Both the position numbers and the translations under genes were made by a program. Of a stretch of 43,292 bases of DNA, positions 10,006 through 20,129 are shown piece after piece (within the stretch, counting starts at the first letter, position 1; every line of letters starts with the position of its first letter). The DNA lies in assembly GCF_002087085.1 (NCBI RefSeq), contig NZ_MWQY01000028.1:1-43292 (forward strand), given 5' to 3'. Under the pieces are notes generated by a model. The model had not been told where the DNA came from. It saw nothing but the letters and a program-made list of their open reading frames with translations, and ran no database searches.

Positions 10006-11022
10006 ATGAAATATATTTCCATCAAAGGGCCCTATGAGGTTGAAATCAAGGAAAATGAGCTGCCGGAACCGAAGAAGGGTGAAGCCCTCCTGAAGATGCT
10101 CTATGGAGGTATCTGCGGTACCGATTTGAGTATTTATCGGGGAAAATTCGCCTACGGTTCCTATCCCAGAATTCCCGGACACGAGTTTTCCGCCGAGATC
10201 GTACAAATCGGCGAGAATGACCTTGGGCTCGAGGAGGGAATGATTGTTACCGCCAACCCCTACATGAACTGCGGCAGCTGCTACTCCTGTCAGAGGGGAC
10301 TTGTCAACTGCTGCATGCACAATGAGACCATGGGGGCTCAAAGGGACGGCGCATACGGAGAGTATTTCGTCATGCCCGTGGATCGGATCTACCACGGCAA
10401 AGGGCTCCCCGCCAAAACCCTTGCCCTCATCGAACCCCTGTGCATCAGTTTTCATGGTGCCCGGAGGGCATCCATCAAGCCCGGGGAGAAGGTGCTGGTT
10501 ATAGGTTCCGGAACCATAGGCATACTGGCTGCTCTATCGGCCAGGTACTTCGGGGCGGAGGTTTATATAAGCGACATTGCCCCGGAAAGACTCAAGTATG
10601 CCGAAACCCTCGGGGTGAACGGGACTGTTCTGAACGACAGTGAACATGCCCTTGCTGACGCGGTTGAAAACATTACCGGCGGGAACGGCTTCGATGTCGC
10701 CATTGAAGCGGTGGGCCTGGCGGCTACCTTTCAGTTCTGCATCGATGCGGCGGCCTTTGGCGGACGGGTCGTCCTGATCGGCATAAGCAGACAGCATCTG
10801 GACTTTGATTTTACGCTAATCCAGAAAAAGGAGCTGAATGTATACGGCTCCCGGAATGCCCTGAAGGAGGAGTTCATGACTCTTATCGATCTTGTTCAGG
10901 CGGGGAAGATCGATGTTGAGAAGGTCATCTCGAAGGTCTATCCTTTTCAGCGGGCTGCCGAGGCTTTGACTGAGCTCGATAAAAACGGTGGGGCCCTGTT
11001 AAAGGTACTCCTGGAGTTTTAA
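10006..11022 (+). CDS. Zn-dependent medium-chain dehydrogenase (sugar-acid/L-galactonate dehydrogenase-like)
   Basis: GICGTD, PGHEFS, structural Zn site CGSCYSC..C, Rossmann GSGTIG, GSRNA. Confidence 0.88.
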   Translation: MKYISIKGPYEVEIKENELPEPKKGEALLKMLYGGICGTDLSIYRGKFAYGSYPRIPGHEFSAEIVQIGENDLGLEEGMIVTANPYMNCGSCYSCQRGLVNCCMHNETMGAQRDGAYGEYFVMPVDRIYHGKGLPAKTLALIEPLCISFHGARRASIKPGEKVLVIGSGTIGILAALSARYFGAEVYISDIAPERLKYAETLGVNGTVLNDSEHALADAVENITGGNGFDVAIEAVGLAATFQFCIDAAAFGGRVVLIGISRQHLDFDFTLIQKKELNVYGSRNALKEEFMTLIDLVQAGKIDVEKVISKVYPFQRAAEALTELDKNGGALLKVLLEF

Positions 11023-11945
11023 CGCCGCCCTTGCGACGCCGGCTCGTACTCTTCCCGTTCCATCGGCAGTAGAGCCAGTTCCCCGAGGATTCTCTCATCC
11101 AGATCCGGAGCCTCCTCCAGGAGCTCCGGGTTCTGCACAAAGCTTTTGAACAGCTGAAGTGCCTTTGCCGCGTAGACACCCTCTGATATGCGGTCGTCCA
11201 TGGTATATTTGATCCTGATTACCAGCCTGGTAACGGGCTTGCCCTTATCGTCAAGAACAAGGGCCCTGTGCATGCGGCCGATTACCATGAATACCGAGGC
11301 GTTTCCCCATTCGTACAGGTGATGATACGCCGCATCCAGTCCCACACTTCCAAGGTTTGCCACATACAGGCTGGTATACAGGGGATCTATCTCGATCATT
11401 CCCTTCGGAGCTATACCGAAGTAGTCGAGAAATCGGAATATCTTGACAACGCCGTTAACGATAAACCTGGGCATCTTCGCAAAAAAATCCACTTCGTGAT
11501 CGCTGATATTGCCCTCCCAGTCCCGGGCTTCGGTGACGTCCCGGTTGACCCTGCGGCGTACATCCTCCAGGGTATCGAAGGGAGAAAAGCTTATCTTGGC
11601 ATTGGTTTCCGGCCCGTCGTCTCCCATATCCTTCTTTACGATAAAGGAGATCTGCAGCCGGTTGCGCTGGTAGATCCTCTGTCCGGAGACGAAACGGTTC
11701 AGCTGGGGACGGAGGGATATGGTCCTGACCGCCGCCGCCAGAAGAACATGAAAAAGGGATATCCGCTCTTCCGGTCCCCTCGAACGGTTCCGCCGTTTGA
11801 GGAACTCCCTGGTGCTCTCCACCTCAAGGGTCTGGGAAAAGTAGATGGCCGACTCGTTCCGTTTCCGCATAACAAAGGGATTGATTATCCGGAAGGACGG
11901 GAGCCCTCTTATGAGGACTCCGTCATATCGTTTTCGCGTTCCCAT
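11019..11945 (-). CDS. Stand-alone 2-oxoacid dehydrogenase E2 acyltransferase catalytic-domain-like protein
   Basis: PQLNRFV, ANLGSVG, and TMDDRISEG where E2 has DHRxxDG; no lipoyl domain. Confidence 0.8.
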   Translation of the reverse strand: MGTRKRYDGVLIRGLPSFRIINPFVMRKRNESAIYFSQTLEVESTREFLKRRNRSRGPEERISLFHVLLAAAVRTISLRPQLNRFVSGQRIYQRNRLQISFIVKKDMGDDGPETNAKISFSPFDTLEDVRRRVNRDVTEARDWEGNISDHEVDFFAKMPRFIVNGVVKIFRFLDYFGIAPKGMIEIDPLYTSLYVANLGSVGLDAAYHHLYEWGNASVFMVIGRMHRALVLDDKGKPVTRLVIRIKYTMDDRISEGVYAAKALQLFKSFVQNPELLEEAPDLDERILGELALLPMEREEYEPASQGRR

Positions 11946-11982
11946 GGGAAAATAATATCATGGAATGCAGTAAAGGGGGGTA

Positions 11983-12840
11983 CTATGTTTTCGATATCAA
12001 TCTTTTGTACCAGACATTCATCGACTCGATGCCTGTGGAGATGCGGGTATTTTTCACCAGGGTACCGGCATACTTGTAGCCGGAACGCTTGAAAACGGTA
12101 TTCATACCCATGGAATCGAGGCGGGCGATTGTATAGGCCGTGGGAAGCCCCTTCTGTATGGCCGCCTGCTCAAGTACCCGCAGCAGCTTGACTCCCAGGC
12201 GCTGACCCCGGTATTTGGGAAGGACGGCGAAATCGGTCATTTCGGCGGCTCCGGCACTGTGGTTGATCTCGGCGGAGGCCAGGGCAATCAGTTTTTTCCC
12301 GTCCCGGATACCGTAGTAGAGGGTCTTGGTGCCCATGTTCTCCATGAGAAAATCGGGATCATCGATGGGAAAAGGGTAATCCGGAAAAATCTCGCCGTAG
12401 AGCCTGGCCATTTCCGGGATATCAGCCTCCTTCATTCTGCTGAACTGAAGATTTCTTCCCAGTCGTCCGGGGAGAATCGGCCGGTAGAAGCTCATTACCC
12501 GGCGAAACTGTTCCACCTTCTTTTTCGGAGGAGCATCCCGTTCTTCATCGAAGAATTTCCCCATAAAGAGGCCGTCCTCGGTCCCGTCAAAGAATCCCGG
12601 TATCCGTGCCTCCTCCCGGTATCCGTTGTCCGTAAAAGCGGACCCGCAGTGCTCCGGTACAATCACAAAGGATTTGGCGTAGGACTTTTCGGTACATATC
12701 TTGTCGATCTTTTCGACTATGCCGGGGTAGTCTTCCTCGGCGAGCTCCATTAAATAGAGCCGGTTGTTGTACGGTCCGTGCTGGATCCTGCTGGATCCCA
12801 ATGTCTCGATTCGATCGTGTTTTATTGTATTCTGTGCCAT
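11983..12840 (-). CDS. ablB: Putative beta-lysine N-acetyltransferase
   Basis: NNRLYLM, EARIPGFF, YPFPI, AEMTDFAVLPKYRG, AYTIAR..S.GMN, GTLVKNT, ESMNVWYK; TAATG overlap with ablA. Confidence 0.92.
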   Translation of the reverse strand: MAQNTIKHDRIETLGSSRIQHGPYNNRLYLMELAEEDYPGIVEKIDKICTEKSYAKSFVIVPEHCGSAFTDNGYREEARIPGFFDGTEDGLFMGKFFDEERDAPPKKKVEQFRRVMSFYRPILPGRLGRNLQFSRMKEADIPEMARLYGEIFPDYPFPIDDPDFLMENMGTKTLYYGIRDGKKLIALASAEINHSAGAAEMTDFAVLPKYRGQRLGVKLLRVLEQAAIQKGLPTAYTIARLDSMGMNTVFKRSGYKYAGTLVKNTRISTGIESMNVWYKRLISKT

Positions 12841-14150
12841 TATTCTTCCTCCTCTCTTCGTTCTAATCTGGCATTGTCGGCGGGTATCAGGGATGATACC
12901 TCGTCCCAGTCGGCAAGCAGCTGCTCTATACCGATAGCCTGGGTTTCTATGGCGTCATCCAGCTTGAGCTGCAGATGGCAGCCGTCACACTGCCGGTCGC
13001 AGTAGGTGGCCGGATATGCCTCCGGTTCGTGGTAGACGCTGATTACCCCCTCGTAGTTTCTCAGGACCACCTTGTTGGCGGACCAGGAAATCAGGTAATT
13101 GGGCATGATGGGAATCTTGCCCCCTCCTCCCGGTGCATCTATGACGTAGGTGGGTACTGAAAAACCGCTGGTGTGGCCTATCAGGCTTTCGAGTATCTCC
13201 ACTCCCTTCCCGACGGGGGTGCGGAAATGCGACAGTCCTTCCGAAAGGTCGCACTGATACAGGTAATAGGGGCGCACCCGGTTGGCCACCAGCTTGTGGA
13301 CCAGGCTGCGCATTATCCGGGGGCAGTCGTTGACGTCCCGCAGCAGTACCGACTGGTTTCCCAGGGGAATACCGGCGTCGGCGAGCTTTTTCAGGGCCTC
13401 CCGGGATGAATCGGTGAGCTCCCGGGGGTGGTTGAAGTGGGTATTCAACCAGACGGGATGATACTTTTTCAGCATCTCAACCAGTTTGTCGGTAATCCGG
13501 TAGGGCAGCACCACGGGCATGCGGCTGCCGATGCGGATGACCTCCACATGGGCGATGCAACTGATCTCTTTCAGTATCCATTCCAGGTAATCATCGGAGA
13601 GCATCAGGGGATCCCCTCCGGACAGGAGAACATCCCGGATCTGGGGAGTATTGCGTATATATTCCACACCCTGCATAAGGGTCTCTCTGTCGGGAATAAA
13701 ATCCTTGTCTCCCACCTTGCGCTTTCGTGTGCAGTGCCGGCAGTACATGGAGCAGACATTGCTAATATGAAACAGGACCCGGTCGGGGTATCTGTGGGTA
13801 ATTCCCGGGGCCGGGCTGTCATGGTCCTCGTGCAGGGGGTCCGCGGTCTCGCATTTCTGGATGGTGAGTTCGTTCACCGAAGGAAAGGACTGCTTGAAGA
13901 TCGGGTCGTTTTTATAATCACCGGTTTCAATCAGGGACAGGTAGTAGGGGGTAATGGACAGGGGAAAGCGTGCCAGGGTTTCCTGGATTTCCAGGCGCTC
14001 CATCTCGGTGAACTGTATTCCCGTAAGACGCTCAAAGGTCTGGATATCCTGAATAGAGTGTTTCAGCTGCCATTTCCAGTCCCGCCAGAGTCTCCGGTTT
14101 GCATTATTCTCTATCTTCTCGGCGATATTTTTCTGTTGTACAGTAAGCAT
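12840..14150 (-). CDS. ablA: Lysine 2,3-aminomutase (radical SAM)
   Basis: [21 protein letters not shown] (CxxxCxxC), [28 protein letters not shown] (PLP lysine); adjacent to ablB. Confidence 0.95.
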   Translation of the reverse strand: MLTVQQKNIAEKIENNANRRLWRDWKWQLKHSIQDIQTFERLTGIQFTEMERLEIQETLARFPLSITPYYLSLIETGDYKNDPIFKQSFPSVNELTIQKCETADPLHEDHDSPAPGITHRYPDRVLFHISNVCSMYCRHCTRKRKVGDKDFIPDRETLMQGVEYIRNTPQIRDVLLSGGDPLMLSDDYLEWILKEISCIAHVEVIRIGSRMPVVLPYRITDKLVEMLKKYHPVWLNTHFNHPRELTDSSREALKKLADAGIPLGNQSVLLRDVNDCPRIMRSLVHKLVANRVRPYYLYQCDLSEGLSHFRTPVGKGVEILESLIGHTSGFSVPTYVIDAPGGGGKIPIMPNYLISWSANKVVLRNYEGVISVYHEPEAYPATYCDRQCDGCHLQLKLDDAIETQAIGIEQLLADWDEVSSLIPADNARLERREEEE

Positions 14151-14219
14151 ATAATTACAGCTCCTTTGGGTTTATTCTTTGTTAAAAAAGTAGAGATTAT
14201 AAGTATGGTAAGGAAATTG

Positions 14220-14235
14220 TTTGATTGTAATCAAA
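14220..14235. promoter_or_regulatory. Palindromic operator TTTGATTGTAATCAAA (matches FNR/Crp-family TTGAT-N4-ATCAA) upstream of ablA
   Basis: 7-bp arms with a 2-bp centre; minus-strand TATAAT at 14196-14201 nearby. Confidence 0.6.
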
Positions 14236-14270
14236 TATTAATAAGGATGTGATCTCGGGCATCTGAGTAC

Positions 14271-14299
14271 AGGATATACCTATTTCCATGCCTTGTCAA
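14271..14299 (-). promoter_or_regulatory. Distal sigma70-type promoter of ablAB
   Basis: Minus strand TTGACA (14294-14299), 17 bp, TATCCT (14271-14276). Confidence 0.65.
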
Positions 14300-14349
14300 C
14301 AAACTTAGTGTACAAAATAATAATGATGACAGGTCTCGTCCCGGGGAAT

Positions 14350-14386
14350 AAAAAGCTCCCCGGTCGCTTTTCGGCAACCGGGGAGC
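14350..14386 (-). terminator. Intrinsic terminator after the MCP gene
   Basis: GCTCCCCGGT...ACCGGGGAGC stem (14355-14386) followed on the minus strand by TTTTT. Confidence 0.85.
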
Positions 14387-14417
14387 CTGAAAATTTTCCT
14401 CTTCCGGCAGAATATGT

Positions 14418-16499
14418 CTATTCGGTTTTTAATTTCCCGACTTCCCTGGAGAGGATCTCGATGCTGCGATTGTTCTGCTGGGTCAGGTCGGAAATATGTA
14501 CCACCGACTGATTTATCTGTACCGCTCCACTGGCCATTTCATTGATACTCTGGCTTATCTCCTCGCTTATCTGGGCCAGGCGGGTCATCTCGTTGATAAC
14601 CTCGGAACTGCCGGCGCTCATTTCACCGGAGGAATCCGCCACTTTGCGGGAGATCTCCTGAATTTCCGCCAGGGCGTCCAGGACCTGTCTGCTCCCGACA
14701 ACCTGTTCGTTCATGGCGCTCTTGATAAGAGCTTCCTGTTCGGAAACAAGCTTACTCAGTTCATACTGCCGGTCGAAACGCTGTCTGGCCTGGGCCAGGG
14801 AGGTTCCGATATGGTCGATCGAGTCCTTCAGGGTCGTAAGGGCGCTGCCGATGGCTGTACCCTGACTGCCCGCTTCCTCCGCCAGTTTTCGTATTTCATC
14901 CGCCACAACGGCAAAACCCTTGCCGAATTCTCCGGCGTGGGCGGCCTCGATGGCGGCATTCATGGCCAGCAGGTTGGTCTGGGAAGAGATCTTCTGAATC
15001 ATTTCGCTCGCCTCTTCCAGTCCCTCCGAGTGGGCCATAACGGTGCGGGAAATCTGTGCAAGCTCCTCCATGCCCCGGCGGCCGGCTTCAGAGGCGTCCT
15101 GCAGCTCCTTCATGGACGCGGTGTTGCGTTCAAGGCTCTCGGTAACGGATTTTATGTTGGCCACCATCTCCTCTATGGACGCGGATGACTCGGTTACTTC
15201 CGAGGCCTGTTCCGACAGACTCTCGTCCAGGGATTTGATGCCCAGTGCAATGGTGGAAACCGTGGCACGGGTCTCTTCGACGCTGGCGGACTGGTTGACG
15301 ATACGTTCCTTGATGCTCTCTATATTGGCGGTAATCTGATTCATCGCAGAAGCTGTCTCGGTCATGTTGGAGGCAAGGTTCACCCCGGACTCCTGCAGGG
15401 AGGAGGTTTCATGTTGTATGGATTTTACCAGACCCGTCAGCTTTTCGAAGGTTACGTTCATGTAATGAGAAAGCAGGTCGATCTCGTCTCCTCCCGTCGT
15501 CACCAGTCTCCGGGTAAGGTCGCCTTCTCCTTCCGAAATGTCCCGCAGGCCGGCGGCCGTGGCGCCGACGCGCCTGGTTATGGAGCGTATGGAAACAAGC
15601 AGGAGAGTCGCCATGGCAAACAGGACAATTACCGCGGTCACGATATTCATGATTCTCATTGCAACAAGGTCCTGGAACAATTCGGCGTGCTCGACCCGGG
15701 TGGCGAAGATCCAGCCGGTTACGGGGACTTCATGAAAGGCGGCGATGATCCGCTCTCCCTCCCAGGGATAATCCACGAGTCCGTTGCGTTCGGCAAGCAT
15801 GGTCGCTCCGAAATCCTCCCCGGCAATGTTGAGCTGCATGATGTTTTCTTTTATTGGGTGGGCGATTACTGTACCTTCCGAGTCTATCATGTATCCGTAG
15901 CCGGTTTCTCCAAGCTTTACGGTATCGACAAAGTGTTCTGTAAACCGGGCCAGTTCCACCGAAGCATGGGCAACTCCGACAACTTCTCCGTCATCATACA
16001 CCGGGGCGGCCACGACAAAGATCGGTTCTCCGTTTATCTGGCTGATGATGATATTGGAAATCGCCGGCCGGCCCTGCATGGCCTGCCTGAAATGAGCCCG
16101 GGTACTCAGGTTCAGTACCCCGACCTGGGCCGGATTGTTGTTGGCCCGGGCTATGCCGTTTCTGTCCAGGAGACCGACTGTGGAGAAGATCGTATAGGAA
16201 TCCTTGACCTCCTTAAGGTAGGTGTTGGCAGCCCCGGTCAGTCCTGAATTACTCCCTGGTCTGAGAACCTCGGACATTATGGGAGCAGCTGCCACGGCCT
16301 GGACGTTTTTTACCCGGTCTGAAACCCATTCATTGGTCTGACTCGCCATCACCTGGGTAAGCTGTATCGTTTCGTTGTGGTGAACGTCCTCGATGATCTG
16401 GGCGGAACGCAGGTATGAGATCACCGTCAGGGCCGTCAGTCCTAGAATCATGACCAGCAGCGCCGGAATCATTACCTTTTCGCGCAGTTTCAACTTCAC
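14418..16499 (-). CDS. Methyl-accepting chemotaxis protein (dCache_1-HAMP-MA)
   Basis: [45 protein letters not shown]...VIAHP Cache motif; two TMs; GTG start with GGAG SD. Confidence 0.96.
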   Translation of the reverse strand: MKLKLREKVMIPALLVMILGLTALTVISYLRSAQIIEDVHHNETIQLTQVMASQTNEWVSDRVKNVQAVAAAPIMSEVLRPGSNSGLTGAANTYLKEVKDSYTIFSTVGLLDRNGIARANNNPAQVGVLNLSTRAHFRQAMQGRPAISNIIISQINGEPIFVVAAPVYDDGEVVGVAHASVELARFTEHFVDTVKLGETGYGYMIDSEGTVIAHPIKENIMQLNIAGEDFGATMLAERNGLVDYPWEGERIIAAFHEVPVTGWIFATRVEHAELFQDLVAMRIMNIVTAVIVLFAMATLLLVSIRSITRRVGATAAGLRDISEGEGDLTRRLVTTGGDEIDLLSHYMNVTFEKLTGLVKSIQHETSSLQESGVNLASNMTETASAMNQITANIESIKERIVNQSASVEETRATVSTIALGIKSLDESLSEQASEVTESSASIEEMVANIKSVTESLERNTASMKELQDASEAGRRGMEELAQISRTVMAHSEGLEEASEMIQKISSQTNLLAMNAAIEAAHAGEFGKGFAVVADEIRKLAEEAGSQGTAIGSALTTLKDSIDHIGTSLAQARQRFDRQYELSKLVSEQEALIKSAMNEQVVGSRQVLDALAEIQEISRKVADSSGEMSAGSSEVINEMTRLAQISEEISQSINEMASGAVQINQSVVHISDLTQQNNRSIEILSREVGKLKTE

Positions 16500-16513
16500 C
16501 TCTACTACTCCTT

Positions 16514-17053
16514 TTACTCCTTTTCCGGAATACTGGGGCTGAACTTCCGGTAATCCGGGACCTTGAATCCTGCGGGAAAATCCCCGGGAGAGAAGGTTTT
16601 CCAGGTCTGGTTTCTACCGAGAAAGGCGATTTTTCCCCGTACAATCAGGTCGCTTCCCTCTTTCCAGATGGCTGCTCCGTAGACCTTGGGTTCCTTGCCC
16701 TCATCATCTCCTGGATCCATTATTCTGCCCCCTGTCCACTCATCTTTCCGGCTGTTGTATTCCAGGTCCCAGAATATATCCAGTCCGGCGAAAGGAGGAT
16801 TTCCCTTCAGGTAGGGGCTGCGCTTTGTCTGCTGATAGATATGGTCTTCCACAGTCCTGCCGTCATCGCCATAGATCAGCACTACCCGTCCATAGAGCAT
16901 GTCGTTGTGGGTGTAGACCGCAACTACCGACTTCGGCAGACCGGTTTCGTCGTCGATGGTTTTCCAGAAACCCGTAACATCTTTTTCCGCGAAGAGCGGT
17001 GCGGCTATCAGAAGCAGCAGGATAATTGTACTCAAGATACTATATTTTCTCAT
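16514..17053 (-). CDS. Exported DUF2147-domain protein
   Basis: Signal peptide (…APLFA); [40 protein letters not shown]. Confidence 0.85.
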   Translation of the reverse strand: MRKYSILSTIILLLLIAAPLFAEKDVTGFWKTIDDETGLPKSVVAVYTHNDMLYGRVVLIYGDDGRTVEDHIYQQTKRSPYLKGNPPFAGLDIFWDLEYNSRKDEWTGGRIMDPGDDEGKEPKVYGAAIWKEGSDLIVRGKIAFLGRNQTWKTFSPGDFPAGFKVPDYRKFSPSIPEKE

Positions 17054-17147
17054 TTTTACTCCTCAAAACAGATGTGTATGTAACACAAAGTACTGCCTTT
17101 TGATAGTATTGTTAATTTTGCCCTTTTTCGCAAATTTTTTCCTCGAC

Positions 17148-17176
17148 TTGACCTGATTTGTGAGCCCTGATAGTTT
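17148..17176 (+). promoter_or_regulatory. Sigma70-type promoter directly upstream of the proS start
   Basis: TTGACC (17148-17153), 17 bp, TAGTTT (17171-17176), 7 nt, ATG. Confidence 0.6.
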
Positions 17177-17183
17177 TACGACC

Positions 17184-18896
17184 ATGAGAATGACAAAGCT
17201 GTTTTCGCGGACCCTCCGGGAGACCCCGGGCAAGACTGAATCCAAAGGGCACGAGTATCTGCTCAGGGCCGGGTATATCCGCCAGAGCGCTGCGGGTATC
17301 TATACCGCCCTGCCTCTTGCGTTTCGCAGTCTGCGAAAGATAGAACAGATAATCCGGGACGAGATGAACGCCATAGGCGGTCTCGAGATGCTGATGCCCG
17401 TGGTGAATCCCGCGGAAATCTGGAAGGAGACCGGCCGCTGGTTTACCATCGATGCGGAGCTTTCCCGCTTCAAGGACCGCAATGACCGTGACATGGTCCT
17501 GGCCATGACACATGAAGAGGCGGTAACGGATATAATGCGGGACGAGATTCAGACCTATCGGCAGCTTCCCTGCATGGTGTACCATATTCAGACCAAATGG
17601 CGGGACGATCCCCGTCCCCGGGCGGGACTGATCCGGGTGCGGGAGTTCACCATGAAGGACAGCTACAGCTTTGACCGGGACTATGCAGGCCTGGAAAAGC
17701 AGTATGACGCCCATTATCACGCCTACTTCCGTATTTTCAAGCGCTGTGGCCTTCCTGTTATCGCGGTAGCCTCCGATACCGGCATGATGGGAGGAAAGGT
17801 GAGTCATGAGTACATGTACCTGAATCCCATCGGCGAGGACACCCTCATCCTCTGCAGCGACTGTGATTACAGCGCCAACCGCCAGGTCGCGGAGGTTCAT
17901 AAACAGCTTTACCCGGAGGACCTGGCGGCTCTGGAAGAGGTGGAAACCCCGAACTGCGCCACCATCGAAGAACTGGCGAATTTTCTGAATATCCCCACCC
18001 GTAAAACCGCCAAAGCGGTCATGGTGATGGGACGCTTCGTTGACGAGAAGAACGAAGAGGAGACCCGGGAAAAGCTTATCCTCGCCATAATCCGGGGAGA
18101 CATGGAGATCGAGGAAGCGAAACTTCAGAAAGCCAGCGGAGCCCTGAGCCTCAGGCCCGCCCACGAAGAAGAGATCCGCGCCTGCGGGCTGGTACCGGGG
18201 TATGCCTCACCGGTGGGAATCAGGGACTGCATGATAATTGTCGACGATTCCGCCGCAGGCTCCAACAACCTCGTAGGCGGCGCGAACAGGGACGGCTACC
18301 ACCTGCTGAATACCAATTTCGGCCGGGATTACAGCGGCACCATCGCCGATATTGCCTCTGCCCGGGACGGAATGGCCTGTCCCAAATGCGGCAAGAAGCT
18401 CGAAGCCAAACGGGGCGTGGAGGTCGGAAACATCTTTCAGCTGGGAACCCGCTATTCGGAAAGCATGGGCTGTACCTTCCAGGATGAAAACGGCAGGGCA
18501 CAGCCTGTGGTCATGGGGTCCTACGGTATCGGCGTGGGCCGTCTTCTGGCATGCCTGGCGGAGGAGTACAACGACGACAAGGGGCTCAAGCTGCCTGCTT
18601 CCGTAGCTCCCTTCCACGTGCATATAGTTAATCTGCTGAAAACCAGCGAGGAGGCGGAGAAAATCTACGCCGATCTGATTGAAGGCGGGCTGGAGGTCAT
18701 CCTCGACGACCGCAAGGAGACTGCGGGGGTAAAATTCAACGACGCCGACCTCCTGGGAATGCCCCTTCGCATAACCCTGGGCAACAAGGCCCTCAAGGAC
18801 GGTGAGGTGGAGTTCTCCCGCCGCGGTAATGGTGACAACTACCGGGTCCCCCTGGCGGAGGTGGTAACCGCCGCCAGGGAGGCTGTTTTCGGTTAG
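17184..18896 (+). CDS. proS: Proline--tRNA ligase (bacterial type with editing insertion)
   Basis: LLRAGYIRQSAAGIY, THEE, RPRAGLIRVREFTMKDSYSFD, EVGNIFQLG, MGSYGIGVGR, GVKFNDADLLG. Start taken at ATG 17184. Confidence 0.97.
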   Translation: MRMTKLFSRTLRETPGKTESKGHEYLLRAGYIRQSAAGIYTALPLAFRSLRKIEQIIRDEMNAIGGLEMLMPVVNPAEIWKETGRWFTIDAELSRFKDRNDRDMVLAMTHEEAVTDIMRDEIQTYRQLPCMVYHIQTKWRDDPRPRAGLIRVREFTMKDSYSFDRDYAGLEKQYDAHYHAYFRIFKRCGLPVIAVASDTGMMGGKVSHEYMYLNPIGEDTLILCSDCDYSANRQVAEVHKQLYPEDLAALEEVETPNCATIEELANFLNIPTRKTAKAVMVMGRFVDEKNEEETREKLILAIIRGDMEIEEAKLQKASGALSLRPAHEEEIRACGLVPGYASPVGIRDCMIIVDDSAAGSNNLVGGANRDGYHLLNTNFGRDYSGTIADIASARDGMACPKCGKKLEAKRGVEVGNIFQLGTRYSESMGCTFQDENGRAQPVVMGSYGIGVGRLLACLAEEYNDDKGLKLPASVAPFHVHIVNLLKTSEEAEKIYADLIEGGLEVILDDRKETAGVKFNDADLLGMPLRITLGNKALKDGEVEFSRRGNGDNYRVPLAEVVTAAREAVFG

Positions 18897-18902
18897 TATG
18901 TT

Positions 18903-20129
18903 CTATTCTGTTTCCGGAACAGCCCGGAGATAGACCGTCTCTTCGGGATTCAGGAAGCGGTAGTTCGGCAGGTGCTCCACCATGCTCTGGGTCAGGGCCG
19001 TATTCTTGGGGAGCACCAGGACGCCGTTCTTCAGTATCAGGTCGTTCTTCAGTACCATTCCGGCGGCAAGGTTCTTGATCTGGATGGGGATCCCGGAATC
19101 TTTGCTGTCCTTTACGGCGGCTTCCTGATCCCTGAGGATCCGGATGACCTGCGGGTCATAGATTGTCTGTACTCCCCGGGTCATCTTTTCAAGGGCCGCC
19201 GAACGTTCCATCCGTTCTTCATAGATCAGCCGTACATAATCCGCCGCGGTCCGGATAATCCGGGAGCCCAGGGGGATCTCCTCACCGCTGAGACCGCCGG
19301 GTTCTCCCTTTCCGTCGAAACGTTCGTGGTGGTGCTTTATCAGAATCGCTATTGGGCCCAGTGCCGAGAGCTTGTTCAGAAGCCTGGCCCCGTCTTCAGC
19401 GTGGTCGGCATTCAGGTGGTCTCCGCTGTTTGCCTCAAAAAGGCCTATTTCCTGCAGAAGGGCGGCGGTACGGATATTGTAGAGCTCATCCTGCTCAAGC
19501 TCCATGGCCACGGCGATCCGTTCCGCCAGGCGCGCGGCCCGTGAGGAGAATTCCTGCATATCGGGATGTACCAGACCGATCATGTGTGACAGGAGTGTGA
19601 CGATGCCTCCCAGGGTCTCCTCTGCCTTAGCCTGCTCCGATTTGACGGTGGTCAAAGCCTTCTGCAGGTACGCGGTCCGCCGGGCGACCTCCTTTTTCAG
19701 GGACTCGTTCTGGGCCTTCAGCTGGGTTTCCAGCTCCCTGTTGTAGCGCTTGAGCCTTCCGTATTCCGCGGCACTGCGCACAGTGCTAATAAGGTCCCCG
19801 TCGTTCCAGGGTTTAACCAGGTAGCGGTAGACCTCTCCCTTGTTTACCGCCTTCAGAATATTCTCCGGATTTGCATAGCCGGTCAGAATGCAGCGGACCA
19901 CATCGGGAAAGCGCTCTTTTACATAGTGAACAAACTGGCTCCCTGCTATCTTGGGCATCTTTTCGTCGGAGATCAGAACATCCACCTCGCGGGTCGCCAG
20001 AATCCCGGCCCCCTCCTCGGCGCTCAGGGCGGTCAGGATCTCGAACTCGGGGTAATCGAAGAACAGCCGCTTCAGGGACTGGAGAATGTTGTACTCGTCG
20101 TCGACAAACAGGATTGTATAGGAACTCAT
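18903..20129 (-). CDS. Response regulator with REC, coiled coil and degenerate HD-GYP domain
   Basis: ILFVDDE, LISDEKMP, ILTGY, YLVKPW; HHHERFDGKGEP, GEEIPLGSRII, YDP; the HD dyad reads QE (AALLQEIG). Confidence 0.9.
   Translation of the reverse strand: MSSYTILFVDDEYNILQSLKRLFFDYPEFEILTALSAEEGAGILATREVDVLISDEKMPKIAGSQFVHYVKERFPDVVRCILTGYANPENILKAVNKGEVYRYLVKPWNDGDLISTVRSAAEYGRLKRYNRELETQLKAQNESLKKEVARRTAYLQKALTTVKSEQAKAEETLGGIVTLLSHMIGLVHPDMQEFSSRAARLAERIAVAMELEQDELYNIRTAALLQEIGLFEANSGDHLNADHAEDGARLLNKLSALGPIAILIKHHHERFDGKGEPGGLSGEEIPLGSRIIRTAADYVRLIYEERMERSAALEKMTRGVQTIYDPQVIRILRDQEAAVKDSKDSGIPIQIKNLAAGMVLKNDLILKNGVLVLPKNTALTQSMVEHLPNYRFLNPEETVYLRAVPETE

Noticed and set aside
14151..14270. 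Lysine riboswitch in the ablA leader
   Set aside because: The leader is short and AT-rich, with no L-box stems or terminator.
3859..16499. Similarity between the two MCP genes as a recent duplication
   Set aside because: Similarity is at the protein level in the HAMP and signalling domains; sensor domains and base composition differ, so this is ordinary paralogy.
17054..17183. T-box leader for proS
   Set aside because: No room, no T-box consensus and no terminator; the promoter appears to abut the start codon.
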